The translations under genes were made by a program, and so were the position numbers. Of a stretch of 64,000 nt of DNA, positions 60,062-64,000 are shown in pieces (position 1 is the stretch's first letter; every line of letters begins with the position of its first letter). Under the pieces are notes generated by a model. That model searched no databases. It had not been told where the DNA came from and saw nothing but the letters and a program-made list of their open reading frames with translations. Source of the DNA: Acaryochloridaceae cyanobacterium VAR_48_metabat_390 (GTDB taxonomy: Bacteria; Cyanobacteriota; Cyanobacteriia; Thermosynechococcales; Thermosynechococcaceae); NCBI GenBank assembly GCA_031422435.1, contig JANPLU010000128.1, positions 32,001 to 96,000 of the forward strand, written 5' to 3'.

Positions 60062-60565
60062 ATGGATGCTGTATTGAGAAACGATACAAAAAAAATAATT
60101 GCAATTAATATTCAAGACTTTTCGTCACGTTTAATGGCTGGTAGATTTGATGATTTATCAGCTTTAGCTCAATCGTTATTAAGTATGGGAGAGCCTAAAG
60201 AAGTTTTCCGTGTCTTTAAGTTCCCTGAGCTTTCAGCAGCAATGCTTTGGGAAGATTCCTCTCAAGAAGAAAAAGACGAGCTTTTTCAAAAATGTATAGG
60301 TGATAAGGGCATTATTATGCGTGGTGAATCATCTATGAAATTAAAAATATTTATATTAGAATTAAAACTTTCTTTTTTGACTCGAAGAAATTTTATTACA
60401 TTCATACCTCGTTTTTTTGAATTTAATCATAGATTTGCACTAGCGCTGGAGAGTTTAAAGGAAAAAGATGATATTCTGAAGGGGTTTCGTCAAAGCTGGA
60501 TTGATGCGATTGAGGGAAAGACATACCCTGTAGAAGATCTTTGGGAACAAGTTGAATGTGAGTAA
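60062..60565 (+). CDS. Putative antitoxin
   Basis: C-terminal GFRQSW..AIEGKTYPVEDLW antitoxin-like motif; overlaps the RelE-like gene; AT-rich. Confidence 0.6.
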   Translation: MDAVLRNDTKKIIAINIQDFSSRLMAGRFDDLSALAQSLLSMGEPKEVFRVFKFPELSAAMLWEDSSQEEKDELFQKCIGDKGIIMRGESSMKLKIFILELKLSFLTRRNFITFIPRFFEFNHRFALALESLKEKDDILKGFRQSWIDAIEGKTYPVEDLWEQVECE

Positions 60566-60956
60566 GGATGAGTATTTAGTTAAGGTTTCTTATACTGCTG
60601 ACTTTTTAAGAAGTCTGAAAAGATTAAAAAAGGATCAGCCAAACATAAAACAAGATTTGAACCCAGTAATCGAAGATCTGAGGAATGGACAAGTTCTTCG
60701 TGATAGAATTCCAGGAGTAGGGAAACCTGTCTATAAAGTAAGGGTTAAAAATAGTGACAAAAAATTAGGTAAAAGCTATGGATATCGATTAATTTATTAC
60801 TTAATTGATTCTGGTTTGGTTTCTTTGTTGACTATATACTCAAAAGTAGACACAAAAAACATAAAGCCAAAAGAGATAATTGATTTACTATATGTCAGCT
60901 CAGATGATATTTCTGATTTAATAAATAAACTATATCCTGAAAATATTTCGGAATAG
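60552..60956 (+). CDS. RelE/ParE (HigB2-like) toxin
   Basis: F.RSLKRL.K, VYKVRVKNSD..GKSYGYRLIYY, LLTIYSK. Confidence 0.85.
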   Translation: MNVSKDEYLVKVSYTADFLRSLKRLKKDQPNIKQDLNPVIEDLRNGQVLRDRIPGVGKPVYKVRVKNSDKKLGKSYGYRLIYYLIDSGLVSLLTIYSKVDTKNIKPKEIIDLLYVSSDDISDLINKLYPENISE

Positions 60957-61023
60957 ATTTTTAAACAAACTGTCAAGAATCTCTTGATAAGTTTGGGTTT
61001 CTACTTGTTCGGTGCATCTGTCC

Positions 61024-62907
61024 CTACGAGGGGTGAAAATAATCGTAAATTTGTTGGGCTAAGCGTGGCCCAATAGTGGGAACCTCGGCAATCTGTGCGG
61101 GTAAGGCTTCGCGGATATAGTCGATGGAGCGAAATACGCTCAAGAGCTGCTTTTGCCGATGGTGCCCAAGCCCTGGAATTTCATCCAAACGCGATCGCCG
61201 CATTCTTTCAGTCCGCTGCTGACGGTGAAAGCTGACGGCAAACCGATGGGCTTCGTCTCGCAGCCGTCGTAAAAGCTGGACTCCTGGCTGTTCGGCTTCG
61301 GTTTCTAAAGGGTTAGATTCCCCTGGTAAAAACACTTCTTCTCGCTGTTTGGCAAGGCTAATCACCGTCAGCTCATCCATTAGCCCCATTTCGGTTAGCA
61401 CGCTCACTACGCTTGAAAGCTGGCCTTTGCCGCCGTCAATCATCACCACGTCAGGCCAGTCTTCAGCGCCTGTGCGGGGTTTCTCGGGGTGCAGCCCATA
61501 GTCTCTAAAGCGTCGCCCAATCACCTCGGCAAGGCTGGCAAAGTCATCGGAGTGGCCTGTCTTAATGTTGGGGTTGCGGATTTTGTAGCGGCGATAGTGC
61601 TGCTTGGCGGGCATTCCTTCGACAAACACGACCCTCGATGCCACCGCATCTGAACCTTGAATGTGGGAAATATCGTAGCCTTCAATTCGGCGCGGCACGT
61701 CTGGTAAATCCAGCAAGGCCGATAAGTCTTCCATTGCGCTGAGGTTGCGATCGCGGGTTTTCTGAGCGCGAGCCAGTTCGTACTGGGCGTTGCGCTCTAC
61801 CATTTCAATCAGGTCGGCTTTGGTCTGGCGCTGGGGGCACACGATGGTGACCTTTCGACCTTTGCGATCGCTTAAATACTCTGCCAAAATCTCTGTTTCA
61901 GGCAGATCTTCCTGCACTAAAATTTCAGCAGGGAACTCTACTGGCTCAGCACTGGCGTAGTGGTTCTCTAAGACGCGCTGCAAAATTTGCCCTACAGAGC
62001 CAGACTGGGCATCTGCCACAAACCCTAATCGCCCTACCAGTCGCCCTGCCCGAATTTGGAAGAGCTGTACACACGCATACTCATCATCGCTAGAGAGGGC
62101 GATCGCATCTCTTGACACCGTATCGTCTGGCAATGAAACCTTTTGGTCAGCACCCAGAGTCTTTAGCCCGTTAATCTGATCGCGCAGACGCGCTGCAACC
62201 TCAAAGTTTAAATCCTCAGCGGCCTTCTCCATTTGGGCGGTCAATATCTCAATCAGCTCCCCCGCCCGCCCCTGGAACACCATTGCCACCTTGGTCATAA
62301 TTTTGTGGTAGTCCTCGGTTGAGATCAGCTTTTGACAGACTCCAGGACAGCGACCAATATCGAAGTTAAGACAGGGACGATCTTTAAACAGGGGCTTTGG
62401 GCGCTGCCGCAGTGGAAACACGCGCTTGATGATGCCCAAGGTTTGACGCAGCAAAAACGTATCGACGTAGGGACCGTAATAGCGATCGGCTTTTTTACCA
62501 AGCTGTCGTTTACGGGTAATAAAAATGCGCGGGTATGCCTCAGACCACGTAATGCAGACATAGGGGTACTTTTTGTCGTCTTTGAGCAGCACATTAAAGT
62601 GGGGCTGGTGCTGCTTGATGAGATTTGCTTCTAGGGCAAGGGCTTCGGCCTCTGTATCGGTGACGATAAACTCGATTTCAGCGACCTGCCGCACCATTAG
62701 CTCAATGCGAGGGCTAAGATCCTGCAAATTTCGGAAATATGACCGCACCCTAGACCGCAGCTTTTTTGATTTTCCAATGTATAAAATGTTGTCGCTGGTA
62801 TCCCGCATGAAATAGACCCCCGGCTCAGGCGGAATTTCTTTGAGGCGATATTCGAGACGTTCTGGATCTTTGAGCAGCGCTTTGGGGTTTGACGTTTCGA
62901 TCACCAT
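61024..62907 (-). CDS. uvrC: Excinuclease ABC subunit C
   Basis: GIY-YIG (PGVY..YIGKSK), [26 protein letters not shown], HhH. Confidence 0.97.
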   Translation of the reverse strand: MVIETSNPKALLKDPERLEYRLKEIPPEPGVYFMRDTSDNILYIGKSKKLRSRVRSYFRNLQDLSPRIELMVRQVAEIEFIVTDTEAEALALEANLIKQHQPHFNVLLKDDKKYPYVCITWSEAYPRIFITRKRQLGKKADRYYGPYVDTFLLRQTLGIIKRVFPLRQRPKPLFKDRPCLNFDIGRCPGVCQKLISTEDYHKIMTKVAMVFQGRAGELIEILTAQMEKAAEDLNFEVAARLRDQINGLKTLGADQKVSLPDDTVSRDAIALSSDDEYACVQLFQIRAGRLVGRLGFVADAQSGSVGQILQRVLENHYASAEPVEFPAEILVQEDLPETEILAEYLSDRKGRKVTIVCPQRQTKADLIEMVERNAQYELARAQKTRDRNLSAMEDLSALLDLPDVPRRIEGYDISHIQGSDAVASRVVFVEGMPAKQHYRRYKIRNPNIKTGHSDDFASLAEVIGRRFRDYGLHPEKPRTGAEDWPDVVMIDGGKGQLSSVVSVLTEMGLMDELTVISLAKQREEVFLPGESNPLETEAEQPGVQLLRRLRDEAHRFAVSFHRQQRTERMRRSRLDEIPGLGHHRQKQLLSVFRSIDYIREALPAQIAEVPTIGPRLAQQIYDYFHPS

Positions 62908-63014
62908 GTAACGTTGTGGGCATAATAAGTGAGCAGATCACTATTACGTATTGTAATGTTTGTCTGTGAAGGGTTAGAGCCTGTCTTCATAGGCAAACAC
63001 AATTACAAACATTT

Positions 63015-64000
63015 ATGCTCCTTAGAACGTTACTTCAACTCTCGTTGACGTCTCCAGACGTTATGCTGCCTGATTGTTTACGTCAGCAGTTAAAGGTTGC
63101 TTCTATTCAGGACTGGAAAGATGTACTGACCGACCTGGAATTACACCGCCTAATGCCGTTGGTTTATTATGGCGTTCAGGTTCATGACCTAACGGACAGT
63201 ATTCCCAAGTTTGGGTTAAAAAAGCTATTGCAGGCGTACCTTTTTTCTTTAGGGCGTAATGAGATTTTCTTTAAGACCTTGGCGACTGTTTTGGAAGAGA
63301 CTTATGCGGCAGGTGTGCAGCCAGTTCTATGGAAAGGGATTGTGCTTGCCGACCAGCTTTACCCGAACCGAGCCATTCGTATGATGGGTGACATTGATTG
63401 GGCGATCGCTCCCCATGAATTAGAAATAGTTAGCCAAGTGTTTAATCGGCTCGGCTTTACGCTTCAAGATCAGATGACCACATCAGATGCCGTCTATTTC
63501 ATGGGCAAAAATCGCGTTGTGTTTGATGTGCATCATCGTGTGCGCCTCTTTGAAACAAAAGAGCATCTGTCGCTAACACAAACGCTGACTCCATTGACCG
63601 CAAGACTCCCACAAATTCACGTATTAGAACCAACTGCTATGCTGACGCACCTGACCGTTCATATGACGGGGCATAAGGCAGAAACAGGACCGCTGCTCTT
63701 TTGGATTATGGATTTTGTGTTTTTATTGCGTAAATGGGGACATCTCATCGATTGGAATCTCTTAAATCAGCTGATGCCAGATGCAGAGAGTTGGGATTTT
63801 CTAGGACGACTGCTGCGCTTTCTAGAAGTTGAACTAAACGAAACGCTACCGCCCGATTTGGCAAAGTTTTCTCAAGAATATAAGCCTCTGACCTTGGAGT
63901 TAATTACGCGTCAGTGTCGGTTAGCGGTATGGGGATTGCCATTGCCGAAAGGATGGCTCAAGCTAATTGCCTATCGTTTGGGGCTGAAGTCTTCTCGAAA
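63015..64000 (+). CDS. Nucleotidyltransferase family protein (NTP_transf_5-like), 3' end outside window
   Basis: Manual translation includes PVLWKGIVLADQLYP..IRMMGDIDW and FDVHH. Confidence 0.75.
   Translation, partial: MLLRTLLQLSLTSPDVMLPDCLRQQLKVASIQDWKDVLTDLELHRLMPLVYYGVQVHDLTDSIPKFGLKKLLQAYLFSLGRNEIFFKTLATVLEETYAAGVQPVLWKGIVLADQLYPNRAIRMMGDIDWAIAPHELEIVSQVFNRLGFTLQDQMTTSDAVYFMGKNRVVFDVHHRVRLFETKEHLSLTQTLTPLTARLPQIHVLEPTAMLTHLTVHMTGHKAETGPLLFWIMDFVFLLRKWGHLIDWNLLNQLMPDAESWDFLGRLLRFLEVELNETLPPDLAKFSQEYKPLTLELITRQCRLAVWGLPLPKGWLKLIAYRLGLKSSR

Overview
A 64 kb stretch of a cyanobacterial chromosome: the HIP1 octamer GCGATCGC is abundant, and psbX, psb35, ycf66 and a phycobiliprotein gene are present. 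It is mostly housekeeping (ispE, rsmA, tRNA-Leu(UAA), groEL2 with CIRCE, amiC, queF, menG, ureC, msrA, tsf-rpsB, pcrA, sigF, ilvN, accC, rplT-rpmI, dnaN, uvrC) and includes the probable replication origin, a DnaA-box cluster with DnaA-trios beside dnaN. Accessory elements are a split class II ribonucleotide reductase with a LAGLIDADG intein, a complete ISAs1 element, a frameshifted NACHT-HEAT gene, an orphan Cys-rich phycoerythrin-beta-like gene, a standalone RelA/SpoT gene followed by a decayed attC-like site, and a defence-like island at about 25.2-31.7 kb. The most striking structure lies in that island. Three different DUF433/DUF5615 (PIN) toxin-antitoxin pairs form a regular array of about 0.72-0.78 kb units. 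The units are separated by four same-orientation copies of a 40-bp hairpin repeat bounded by HIP1 cores, with further fixed-length HIP1-bounded modules shared between junctions. This suggests a HIP1-based cassette array. All product calls come from reading motifs by eye; no database searches were run.
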